Shown: positions 12,947 to 25,173 of the stretch, one piece after another
How positions within the stretch are numbered: position 1 is the first letter of the stretch
Layout of the letters: each line of letters starts with the position of its first letter
Origin: Tubiluchus corallicola
Taxonomy: Eukaryota; Animalia; Priapulida
DNA length: 64,000 bases
Assembly: GCA_030141605.1 (NCBI GenBank)
Contig: JAQGDQ010000060.1
Location: 434,001-498,000, forward strand
Direction: 5' to 3'
Position numbers and translations under genes: made by a program
Notes under the pieces: generated by a model
Told to the model about the DNA's origin: nothing
The model's database searches: none
What the model saw: the letters and a program-made list of their open reading frames with translations, nothing else

Positions 12947-15900
12947 AAATGACTAATATTAATACAGTATATTAGTTTAGTCTTGCATGGAACGTTGCAG
13001 TTAAACTGTCACATGCCTGTTATTAACTTCATCGCCTCAACGAAGCCAAACCATAGGTTTGACATTAAGGATAAGCTTTGAAGACGCATGCAGCAGATGT
13101 AGTGCATCCATTTCCTGCAAGTTCAAACACGCAGCATTTGACGCAAACACGTTAGCAAGAACGCGCGCCGGCACGCAGTGTTGACTCAACAAATTGGACG
13201 CAGAAATGGGAAATTGAAAAAAAATGCGTGAACAAACACAGAGAATGTGAGAGACGTCTAATTGAACTCGCAGTTTTCAGACGACAATTTGAGTAAAATG
13301 TCTAAATAGCGAGCGAAGAGGCAGTTCCAAAAGAGGTGACTGCAATTTGCACGTCTTAATAGATGTAGTCATACCGTTTCTAAAGCTCAGTCCTCATCTT
13401 CTTATTTAACTTGTGTTAACATTTGGTATTAAAATCGTCAGCCTTAATAAAGAGATAATAAATCATCCAACACAAGCTAATGCAAGTCTGTCTTCCCATT
13501 TGCAACTAATAAGCACATTCTAATTGCTGGGTGCAGAATGTAGCTTTACGAATTCACATCACATTTATCCTGCGAAAAAGGCAGAAATTGCGGAACCGAA
13601 CACACAAAATGGATTCAAATGAAAAATAAATTTCAACAGATATTTATAGTATAAGTATATAGGACAATGGCTAACTGGCCAAATAAGGCAAAAGGTCATT
13701 GGTGAACGAGGTAGAGGACAAGGTGGTCGAATCTGCCCCACATGACATGCAGGGTATATAAGCCTTCTGAAAACGTACTAAGTTTTAATATCGCAGGTAC
13801 GTTATTTTAAAATTTAAAAGATCAGTCACAGTACAGAGAGAGAGAGAGAGCGCAATAACAAAAAAATGTTTACTATTGTTTAATAACAAGGATTGATTTA
13901 ATCGTGTATTTTAATGAGAAGAATGTAGTTGCTTTTATGCTGCAAATTAATATGTGGGTCGGTGTGGCTCAAGGTATAACTTCCATTAGTGCTGAGGGAA
14001 TGCCATCATACCTGTTTTAAACATGACATGACATGACATGACATGCAGGGTATATACCCTACCTGTTATTCGTTATTTGTGTGTTGCGTCTTACCTGTAT
14101 TATTGTAAATGTAAGTCACTGAACAGCCGTTAGTGCTAATATTGTCTGTTAATTAAATGAGAGACGGTAATTAATCCCTGCTTTGTCTTCTTTTGAATCA
14201 AAAATAAGATTTAGGATAGTTTTCAAAGACGAGTGAGTAACCACAGTTCTATCTCAGCAACCACTCAGCAAAATGGACATAATGATTTCACTCAGAAACA
14301 ATTGTGAGGTATTTTCAATGAGTTGCTTAGTAGTTCATAAATTTGTCATGGTTTTTGGTTTTTGTTTTTTTTTGCTGTTGTTGTATTTTTGTTTTTGTAT
14401 TTCGGCACGTTTATGTATTTTTTAATAAAGTTGTGTCTGCTGTCATTAGCGTCCTTTTGTTTGCTGTCCTTTGAGAAGGGTGGTTGACTCGATAACCGTT
14501 GGTTTTTCGCCGCCCTTTCCCCCATGTTCATTTGTATTTTTGTGTATTTTATTGTCAAATCATTGTAAATTTATGGAGGAAAATAAAATTACTATTACTA
14601 TTACTATCCCTTACAAAATAAGGAATAAGGAGATGAAACCACAGTTATTAAAATTTAGGAAAACGACTTTGAGTTACCTGATCGAAAAATCAAATGTATA
14701 AAAGTTTAGAGTGAGTCTGAATTTAACAGAATCCAGGTAAAGTCACGGAAAAAATCACCGGAAAAAAGGCCCGGAAAAAAAGAAATAACCCTAACCCTAG
14801 TCCCTAATCTTAGCCAACATTAATTGCTAGTCGTTACTATTTTTCGAGCCAAAATTGTGACCTATTTCCTATGACTTTATTATTGGTCACCTTTGAGAAT
14901 ATGGGGCCTCATGCCACAAGATTAAAAAAGGAGAAATAAATTCATGATTATCCTGCTTTCGAAAATAAGGTAGCAATATCGTTATGCATCATCCCGAAAA
15001 TGGGATCAATTACAGACTAAACTGCAGAAATATTCATCAAATAAATGCAATCAAAATGAAAATCACTTCACAAACACGCTTCACATCAGGGGCCCCTATT
15101 TTGCATTGCAAGTTTTCCCTTCCAAAACCTTGAAATAACCTTCAGACTTTCCACAACCAACAATATAAATTTAATGCAGAATGAAAATTGAGTGTATTTT
15201 CAGAATTTAGTATGACAACCATCTAAGCACTTGCAGCGAACAGAATGGTACCCATTAACAGTTGCATTAGCTTGAAATTAAGCTGGAAAATCCATCATCC
15301 ACACCAGCTGCACCTCGTCTGAATGAAATAGTGATCTTTCATTAATGGCAGTTAGGAGAACAGTTAGAATGGCAAGCACATCGATGTTGGACAAGCAAGG
15401 CTAACTAGACTGGTCGATCACAGCTCCTGCAACATTGAAGAACATGTTGGTGATGCCATTAAATCAGCAAGGACCAATGAGTAACTGCAATACCAAAGTC
15501 AGGTGTGTTAAGTTATGGAGACTAGATGGAGGTCATTTGCAGTTCTCATTAGGAACGGAAGCGACCAAAAAAGACAAACAACGTGCCTCTAAGCTGCTAT
15601 TAACTAAGATAAATACTACATCTTTCCATTGTGCCTTTTTCTGCGGGTCACGGAGGGTCCACCTGTATGTACATTCAGCTTGTCGGAACGGGGCTGAATT
15701 TTCGGTCTTGGCACTGGCTCGAATGCATGCGTGGACCGCTAGTGCATGGTGGTGTATAAGCCATTGTTGTTTATCGTTCAGTACGAAGCCTTTCGCTGTC
15801 TTTAAAACAGGTATGACGGCATTCCCTCAGCACTAATGGAAGTTACAAAAGAAGGACAAGATGCTCTGATAGTCTATAAATATGTGTGAATTTCAACTTT

Positions 15901-16016
15901 ATCCCACAGGACTAGGCCTACATGTTTGATAATGTTTGGTGTTTTGTGCCTCGACTCTCATGGTAATCTAATCAAAAGCCAGAAACATGTTGGATGTTGA
16001 AGCAGACATGCAATCT

Positions 16017-16649
16017 NNNNNNNNNNNNNNNNNNNNNNNNNNNNNNNNNNNNNNNNNNNNNNNNNNNNNNNNNNNNNNNNNNNNNNNNNNNNNNNNNNNN
16101 NNNNNNNNNNNNNNNNNNNNNNNNNNNNNNNNNNNNNNNNNNNNNNNNNNNNNNNNNNNNNNNNNNNNNNNNNNNNNNNNNNNNNNNNNNNNNNNNNNNN
16201 NNNNNNNNNNNNNNNNNNNNNNNNNNNNNNNNNNNNNNNNNNNNNNNNNNNNNNNNNNNNNNNNNNNNNNNNNNNNNNNNNNNNNNNNNNNNNNNNNNNN
16301 NNNNNNNNNNNNNNNNNNNNNNNNNNNNNNNNNNNNNNNNNNNNNNNNNNNNNNNNNNNNNNNNNNNNNNNNNNNNNNNNNNNNNNNNNNNNNNNNNNNN
16401 NNNNNNNNNNNNNNNNNNNNNNNNNNNNNNNNNNNNNNNNNNNNNNNNNNNNNNNNNNNNNNNNNNNNNNNNNNNNNNNNNNNNNNNNNNNNNNNNNNNN
16501 NNNNNNNNNNNNNNNNNNNNNNNNNNNNNNNNNNNNNNNNNNNNNNNNNNNNNNNNNNNNNNNNNNNNNNNNNNNNNNNNNNNNNNNNNNNNNNNNNNNN
16601 NNNNNNNNNNNNNNNNNNNNNNNNNNNNNNNNNNNNNNNNNNNNNNNNN
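16017..16649. other. Assembly gap (633 N)
   Basis: Run of N. Confidence 1.
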
Positions 16650-17645
16650 TAATGGAAAGTCAATTCTGACTAAATGAAACGTGATTACAAAATTTTGAAA
16701 ATTAATTTTAATTAAAATGCAATATAAAGTAACATAATTTCACATTCACTAATGAAAATACGTGTTTAATTCCACAAGAATGCCCAAGGGCTCACATCGA
16801 ATAATGAAAAATGCAATTAACGCGACTAGAAATTTCAGCAGCGCTGCATTGTTAAAAATACTCCGCGAAAAATGTGTAAATTTCATCAAATAATTTGCAA
16901 ATTTTAATCAGCTCACACTTTAAGCTACCGTCAGGCTAGTGGCTGTGTGCAAATGAAGGCATTGTTTGACTTAATTAGCGACTAATTACAAGAGGAGGTT
17001 TGCAATTAGTGATGACATTAATCTATTAATGTAATGGCCTGCATGTTTAATTAAGAACACCATCAATTTAATTAATGGGACCACAATTAGACTTCTGCCC
17101 ATCCCGGCGTGCTAACACATAATTACTCGTTAATGTTGCCGTAGCCAATAGTAATTTATAATTTTCTCAGTGACCATCTCGTGCAAATGATGATTGATAA
17201 TAGTGGAATTGCTCAACACTGCAGCTGTGACAATCCTAGAAGTGTCTATAGGCCCTCAAGCTCTGATAAAATTTGGTAAAAAATCTGTCTTTTCCCTACA
17301 TTTGTGTTGAAATATGTGCTAATTTGGCTTGCTATGTATGTAGTGGTATGTTTTAATTTCAATATTTCTATTGACACATGGAACTTAGCTATTCTAGTTT
17401 ATTTAAGGAATTTGCAACAAACTTACTCCAAGTTATGCAGATGTCGGTAAAATATTTCACGAGTAAAAAATATTTAAGATGGGTGGGGGCGATTTAGAGG
17501 GTGGCTCCGTCTTAAGGGTCCCATAATTTCACTAGCCTATAGGCCCCAAAAGGTCATAATGTGGCTCTGGCTGCATGTACTGAGAGAAAATTACAAACAC
17601 CAGCAGCTGTTTTTATACAGTAAAAGGTACTCTTCGGGGGGTGTA

Positions 17646-19090
17646 ACTTTGAAACCGGAGGCCATGAAATTTAATAAAATCAGTGTCAGATTTTAAGTTA
17701 CAGTTAAGTTTTTTAGTTAAAGAATTAATGTGACAGGACTAGAACCTAGTCATTATCCACGATGATTCTATAACACGAGACAGTGAACAGGCAGAGGTGT
17801 TTATATGAGTATATATCCTCCCTCGATGAAATTGGTTCAAACCATCCATAAGCACCCTTCCAGTTACTAACCAGTAAATCCATTACCTGCCGTTTAACTT
17901 CATTTGATAACATACACCACGACTGCCTAGCTATGGTCATTTTAAAGTAATTTTCCTGTAGCAAAACAAGTACTAAAGACATTTTGATTCAATGAGGTAC
18001 ACATGTTTATGTTAAGCAAGGCACATGATGCCACCTATTGACAGAACGAGAACATAAAATGCTAGTGCTCCATTAAGGCACATGATTTAAAGCTCAGTAA
18101 ATATTCCCGAAGACGGTGAAACACCGAACAAAATGTTTTTGGGGGAAAATGCAACTTTGAAGCCGGAGGCCATGAAATTTAATAAAATCAGTGTCAGATT
18201 TTAAGTTACAGTTAAGTTTCTTAGTTAAAGAATTATTGTGACATACTAGAACCTACTCATTATCAATCATGATTCTCTAACACGAGACAGTGAAAAGGCA
18301 GAGGTGTTTTTGTGTCATTCAGATGAGTATATATCCTCCCTCAACAAAATTGGTTCAAACCATCCATAAGCACCCTTCCAGTTACTAACCAGTAAATCCA
18401 TTACCTGCTGTTTAACTTCATTTGATAACATACACCATGACTGACTGCTTAGCTATGGTCATTTTAAAGTAATTTTCCTGTAGCAAAACAAGTACCGTAT
18501 TTTCCCATGTATAAGAGACCCTTTTTTGCTCAGAATTTTCACTTTAAAAATAGGGGGTCTCTTATACATGGGAGTAAGTCTTTTCAATAAGATGCATAAA
18601 TTGTGACACTAATTGTGCAGCTGGGTCCTCAAGGCATGGAATGGTGTAAAGCCAGAGGTCATTATTAAATCTTTCAAGAAGTGTGGCATCTCCAATGCCA
18701 TGGACGGCACAGAAGACAATGCCATTTTTGAGCAGAGTGACTCCTCTGATGATGAACTGGCTGGAATTGCTGAAGGTCTGACTCCAGTTGATATTTTTGA
18801 TGAGAGTGATGAGGAATTTAATGATTTCTATGATGAATAAAGTTATTCATTACCAAAAAACTTTTTTCCAGAATTTTTGCCTAAAAATTGAAGGGGTCTC
18901 TTATACACAAGGGTCTCTTATACATGGGAAAATACGGTACTACAAACATTTTGATTCAATGAGGTACACATGTTTATGTTAAGCAAGGCACATGGTGCCA
19001 CCTATTGACAGAAGGAGAACATAAAATGCTAGTGCTCCATTAAGGCACATGATTTAAAGCTCAGTAAATATTCGTGAAGACGATGAAACA
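17646..19090 (+). repeat. Local tandem duplication (about 480-bp unit, second unit interrupted by the pogo MITE)
   Basis: 17646-18122 is repeated at 18153-18494 plus 18938-19091. Confidence 0.88.
18495..18937 (+). mobile_element. pogo-like non-autonomous DNA transposon, copy 2, with transposase C-terminal remnant
   Basis: Same TIRs, TA TSD; ORF 18613..18840 WVLKAWNGVKPEVIIKSFKKCGISNAMDGTED is typical of the pogo/Tigger C-terminus. Confidence 0.9.
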
Positions 19091-20989
19091 CGATACGGCA
19101 AGAATCTAATCTGAACGCCAGGCTTCTCTTTGATCAGCTTAGCTGTATGGACACAATGATAGAAAAGCTGATGGATTAGGTTATTACAGGAGAACTAGAG
19201 AGAAACGTACACGTACCGCGGCTTGTTAAATCATTTCCTGCACGGGCTACGTGGGCGGCAATTAAATATGATTGTGCAGAGAAATTTTAATTTAGCAGCA
19301 GAACTGCAAATAAGATGGAAACGAGAGCTGAAAGGGAAGCGGGAAACAGGCAAGATGAGAGGGAGAAAACGGCATAGTTCAACAGCAATAATTTAATTTT
19401 CAATGGCTTCTTGTTTCAAATTTTCAAATTCAAAAAAATCAAAATTAAAATTATTTATTTATATCCCAAACAAAAAACAGCAACATCAATAAACACAACT
19501 TCTGAACAACGTGGACGGGACGGCATGGCGACGAACATACGTTGTCGGATCAGTCACTCCACATCGGTTTTTGAATAGTTGATGGACAGTGCAAAAACAG
19601 TCTGCAACTTAATATAACGAGTACAATAATTCCAAATGGCTTATTCTGGGGCTCATATCTTTCTGTATTTGAAAAAATCCTTTATATTTGTCACTGGGTC
19701 TTCTACAACAACAACAACAGCAACAGCAGCAACAACAACATCAACAACAACAAAAAAAAACAAGTACGGGCACCACATATTCTAACATTTCTCTCAATTA
19801 ATACTTTAATAAGAAATTAAAATTCCTATTTTCAATAATTTGTACAGCCTTTTGCTAAGTTTATTGTCCCTAGCTGCTTGGAACTTAACACGCATCCTTT
19901 CACAATCTTACGAGATAGTATATGAAAATTCCTAATTACATTTTGTGGGGTAACATTATTTTGTATAACAATTTTATACAAATGGAAACCCATTATTGAG
20001 TTTACGTCAATAACGTATGTTTGGCTATGAAGTTAATACGTTGAGTTTTTTCCCTTTTGCTATTTTTGTTACGGTAAGTGAACAAAGGATAAGCATGTTT
20101 AGACATAGGCATAGACATTTTATTTATCTCCTCATTTACACCGGAATACTATAGACTATAATTGCTATAATTATTAAATAATCAGGATAAATTATGCATA
20201 AAGGAAAGAGTTAGTGGAGTGCAGGAGAAAGGGTAGCAAAGGACCAACTGGTCATCAAGTCAGCTGCCGTTCTCAGGTTAGTGTAAATTGTAAAAAAATG
20301 TCCGGCTGTAGAGTCTTTAGACCTTTAGAAGAATTTTTATTAAAAAAATGTAATAAAAAGATACTATCGCATATTATTAATCAATAACAAAAGGCAACTC
20401 TGGGAAGCCACTAAATGCTGTATGTCATCCCCGCCCCCTAGCGGGTTATCGACCCACAAACAATTATTAGCAAGAGACGGAGTTTATGCAACACAAACGG
20501 TAATAAATTATTAAGAGAAAGCCGGGGATACATTGGCAGGCGGGGATGGAGCTTTGTGAGAAAGCAGCCGCCATGGATAATTATAGTATTGCATTAACTG
20601 CTGTAGTAATTGCCTCATAAAATATGGCATGCTGGATTAGGGCTAGTATGAAGCCTTTGCGTTTGGTATTTTATTGTACAGTGGACAAAGACAAAATCTA
20701 ACTCTAACCTCATTTTTACTGTTTCCGGATCACTGTTAATGTTTATACTATTAGGAAATTAAAACCGGCCTGTTATTTTGCATTGATGAAGTTGTTTGTT
20801 TACCGTGGGGGCACCACATCATCTAGAATGTGCCGAAAATGGCTATAATCATTTTAAAGTCATTTTACGCAAGAACACTTTAGCCTTCGTCAGCGAGTTT
20901 TAAATTCACGCAGTGAAGCCGTACACAGTTTTATTCATAATACTGACGTCATTTTAACTTCGAATATATTTGCCCATTGGGAATATACA

Positions 20990-21075
20990 CTTACTAACCT
21001 AGCCACGGGGGGGGGGGGGGCAAGCCAGCCCAAATCAGTGCCGGTCCCAAGCCCGGATAAATAGGGAGGGTTAGG
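20990..21075 (+). ncRNA. Twister self-cleaving ribozyme (type P1-like, with an expanded and damaged P3)
   Basis: TAA-CCTA-GCC-[insert]-GCCGG-TCCCAAGC-CCGG-ATAAA-TAGG-GAGGG-TTAGG; the core is collinear with the rice Osa twister consensus as recalled (UAA-P2-GCC..GCCGGUCCCAAGCCCGGAUAAA-P2'-GAGGG-P1'); P2 CCTA/TAGG and P4 CCGG/CCGG pair. Confidence 0.8.
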
Positions 21076-21490
21076 GTCAGGAAGGGCATCCGCCTGTAAA
21101 AACTGCGCCAAAACCTTCTATGAATGAGTCGGTGAGACTTAAAGGTAAAGTCCACAAAGAAGTGGTCAGACCCGCTCTAATCTATGGGCTGGAAGCAGTT
21201 TCTCTAAAGAAGACCGAAGAGAAGAAAATGGATGTGGTGGAGATGAGGATGTTGAGATGGATGGTGGGAATAACAAGAAGAGATAAAATTAGAAATAATA
21301 ATATCAGAGGAACAGTAAAAGTAGTGGAAGCCTCGAAAGATTGCGATGGTATGGACACCTGAAAAGAATAGTCGGTGAAGATCATGTGGGAAGGGAAGAC
21401 ATAAATGAAGAGATGGTCAACAACAGGAATGCGTGGAAAAGACTCATTCACAACGGCGACCCCGCATAGGGAAAAGCTGGGAAAAAGAAG
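20996..21490 (+). mobile_element. Non-autonomous, internally deleted RTE-clade non-LTR retroelement (5'UTR fused to ORF C-terminus and 3' tail)
   Basis: Direct repeat ATTGGGAATATACACTTACTAACC at 20976-20999 and 21491-21514 (TSD); ORF piece KGKVHKEVVRPALIYGLEAV...VEMRMLRWMVGITRRDKIRN typical of RTE C-terminus; 3' end ggcgacccc...gggaaaagctg..aaaagaag. Confidence 0.88.
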
Positions 21491-21792
21491 ATTGGGAATA
21501 TACACTTACTAACCGTTTTTTACATATTCAGTAATTCCCTGTTCTTTGTGTAAATATTAATTTTATTTGTTTCGTAGAAATGTTTTTAATTGTGATTTTT
21601 AACTATGCTTTGTTTATAATTCTATGGTACTTTTTATGTACTTAAATAAACGTAAAATAAATAATAAAAATATAATAAGAAAATCTGTTATCTGGGAACT
21701 CATGCTGAAACTAATGCCTGATTCACACTGTTGAAGAATTGAGATTACGCCCTTTTAATTTTTCGCCACCCTTTCACCAATGAGTTTAACAT

Positions 21793-21977
21793 CACACTAG
21801 CTACAACTACTGAATGTCTGTTCACACTAACTACAACTACTGAATGTCTGTTCACACTAGCCACAACTACTGAATGTCTGTTCACACTAACTACAACTAC
21901 TGAACGTCTGTTTACACTAGCCACAACTACTAAATGTCTGTTTACACTAGCTACAACTACTGAATATCTGTTCACAC
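21793..21977. repeat. 30-bp minisatellite x6
   Basis: Unit CACACTAGCYACAACTACTGAATGTCTGTT. Confidence 0.92.
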
Positions 21978-23629
21978 AGCTACAAAGACCAGATGCCAAG
22001 ATGCCAAGTCAGTTTAGGACGAGGTTCTTCAAGTGCCAAACGCAGTTCATCACAAATCCAGAACACCATATGGACCACACGATTCTCTCTCTATTAATAA
22101 TATAGTTTTTTCAACAGAGAGCTGCCCTTCCTCCTGGGCTGTGAGAGACTTTCTCGATGCAAGATACACGACTTGTAAATGAATTGGTTCCTGAGACTCT
22201 TGAGGACCCTAAAGGAAATATCAAAGCCTACTACTGCAGTAGTTCTTTTCAGATTTTCATGTAATTTGACCAAAAAAAATGCCCAAGATTTTAGCTCATC
22301 TGTGTACATCTTCAAATGTTTTGTTTTGTTTGCTAAAATGTATAGGAAATGCAAAATGTTTAGTGACTTCCGGGACACCCTGTATGTAAACATTTTGGAA
22401 AACCATATTATTGTGCACACATGATTTTTTCATTACCCTACCATAATTTTTTGACATTAGATACTAAAGAAACATGGAGCCTTAGTTATTGTTTAACTAA
22501 CTCACAGTCTTGTTATGACAAATTTCCTGCAAATAATTTTCTTTATTTATGATTAACATCATTTTACTTTGAATATGCTTTAGATGAGTAATTCATAAAA
22601 AAAGTATTATCAGTCAAGATTATTCACACGATTATTTATATTCTGCTGAGGAGAATTTAGATAAGTGTAACTATGAACTATGAATTTATTTTCCCACATC
22701 AAAATACAATATCATACACATTAATAAACAATAAATAAAATGATTTGAGTAGTGCGAGGTGAGTGTACAACCATACGGTCATTAACACACTCGCCTTACT
22801 TAAATGAAAAAATTATTATAGTTAAGCGTGCTTCTGTAGATAACTTAATATAATTGATGTAATAAAGTAACTGATGTAATAATAGCAAGGAAACATAAGG
22901 AAAACATTAAGAAAGCAAGTCATAATATGTAATTACGATTTTGATAGAGGCTGCGATGAATGAATAATTCCATTTTAATTGATTTATACCTTTTACTAAT
23001 AAAGTAACAAAGTTTGTAAAGATACCTATTTGAAAAAGAAAAACATTAGTGCAAACATTAGTAACAACGTGTACCAATAAGCCTACTGTTCTTCCAAGTT
23101 TGGATGGACAAGTAAGAATAGAAGACAGCTATAAAGTGACTTTTGGAAAATGAGAAAGAAAACAAGACATCGTATTTGCCGACAGGGACGAAACATGAGA
23201 AAGAAGAGATGCATTTCTGATAAGTGATTAAATATTTATCTAGCCGAAGTGAATAAACGTGTAAGAGGGCTAAGTGGGTAACGGTTATAAATGGTCTTAT
23301 GGTCGCGTCCTCGTGAAACACGCTGCTAGCACATCAATATATTGATGTTAGCTGCATTGAAAACGCAAACATTACTCATCCTGCAAGCGGTTAATGTTAT
23401 CGCCCCAAGAGGGCGGTAAGCGCGCTCTTGCAGCTTTGATAAATGACGATAGGCCGTGTATGCAGTGTTCTCCGGCAATAACGCTAAAATATAAAATGAA
23501 TCGTATTTTCAGGGGACAGTGTCAAGGGAGGGAAGACTTCACGTTCCACATAGGTTTATAGCATCTGCAAAACGAATCACCTTCATTAATATAAAACCAA
23601 AAAACATCAATGTCATTAGGATGTTAATG

Positions 23630-23875
23630 AAACAGTGCACATGACAAATTTAATGAATGAGATGAATTATTCAATTAAAGGAAGACAAGATAATTTTTCA
23701 TATACTACCCCATTTTCAAGGCTGATAAAAAGTATACATTTTTTATCACAGGCGAGCACAACTAGTGACACCACAAACTATTTCAACAGCAAAAATATTC
23801 CACGAGCGTGTTGCACGTGTTTGGAAACAGAAAACTGAAGTACAGTACTACTGTAAGATATTCAATGTGTTGTAA
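23630..23875 (+). repeat. Dispersed repeat fragment (second copy at about 35570-35835)
   Basis: Shared ggaagaca..tttttcatatactacc and tttcaacagcaaaaatattccacgagc segments. Confidence 0.6.
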
Positions 23876-24896
23876 TAAAACTAGGCAAGTTTTAAGATAA
23901 AAATTCGAATTTAATATTTATCGCTGTGCTCACGCATGAGCTGTCGAACATGTGCAGTTCATTGCAAACTAGCACATCTGAACTGAGAGGTGCAGCACCT
24001 GTTTTTTGTGCCATGCCTTTCCGAAATGCAGGCGCTAGTGCCCGTCTAGCTAGCGAATGGCGAAGTATAACAGCGAAGCACTAGTGGCGCAAACGCGAAA
24101 TTATGTTTGTATGGTAATAATTCTTTCGTGTAAATTATTTTTGAAAAAAAATCACGTTTCCTTTGAATATTTTAAAGAGTAGATTGCTTTAACCTACAGT
24201 TTAAGATTTGGTCGGGTTTTGCTTCAAGTGACAGTAAAAAAGTAGAAGTCTTACGAGTGCCAGCAACAACACAATTTTAAAGTGCAGTACCATTTATGAC
24301 AGGGCTTTTTCTTATGGGCCAAATTAAGCTGAAGCCTAGGTCCCTATTGTTTGCCGGCCCTCAAGCTTTGGTGACATTTGGTAAAAAAAATCTGTTTTTC
24401 CACCGTTTCTGTGTTAAAGCAAGTGCTAATTTGGCTTGCAATAATTAGCATAACACAGTGGTATTTCTTAAAAAAAATCCTTTATTGGCAAACTATTATT
24501 ATTCTATTTTATATAAAGAATTTCCAATGAGTTTACTTCAAACTATTGCTAAAATATATCACAAGTAAAAAATTATTGAAGACGGGTACGGGCGAGTAAG
24601 AGGGTGGCGCCATCTGAGGGGCACCAAAAAGTCATAATCTGGCCTTAATGTAGGTTAAAAATATAGAAATATTTCAATGTAAAATATACACAGCAAAAAA
24701 GACACTTTAAGATGATCTGTTTATCGTTTTAAACAGTAAAACAGTTAAAGACAGCCTTAACATGAAGGTGTAAAAATCATTAGAAAAGTTTTGAAATTAT
24801 TTAGTAGTTTGTTGTATCAGTGCCATTTATTTTTAACAACCAAGTTGAAAAACCAAGTTGAATTCAAATTGTACAAAAATCTGCAGTTTCTTCTAC

Positions 24897-24937
24897 AGTT
24901 GATGTTGTTATTGTCAATGCTTTTGTTGTTGTTGCTT

Positions 24938-24979
<42 letters not shown>

Positions 24980-25173
24980 TTGTTATTGTTATTGTTGCTG
25001 CTGCTGCTGCTGCTATTGCTGCTGTTGTTGTTGTTGCTTCTGCTGTTGTTGTTGTTGCTGCTGCTATTGCTGCTGTTGTTGTTGCTGTTATTATTGCTGC
25101 TGCTGTTGCTGCTATTGTTGTTGTTGCTGCTGCTGTTGTTGTTATTGCTGCTGTTGTTGTTGCTGCTGTTGCT
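24897..25173. repeat. Compound (GTT/GCT) trinucleotide microsatellite
   Basis: Direct inspection. Confidence 0.92.

Noticed and set aside
15968-16677. Three ORFs over 200 aa
   Set aside because: Artefacts of the N gap
19349-19380. miR-31-like sequence aggcaagatg...ggcatag
   Set aside because: The match is interrupted by 13 nt and no hairpin precursor is evident
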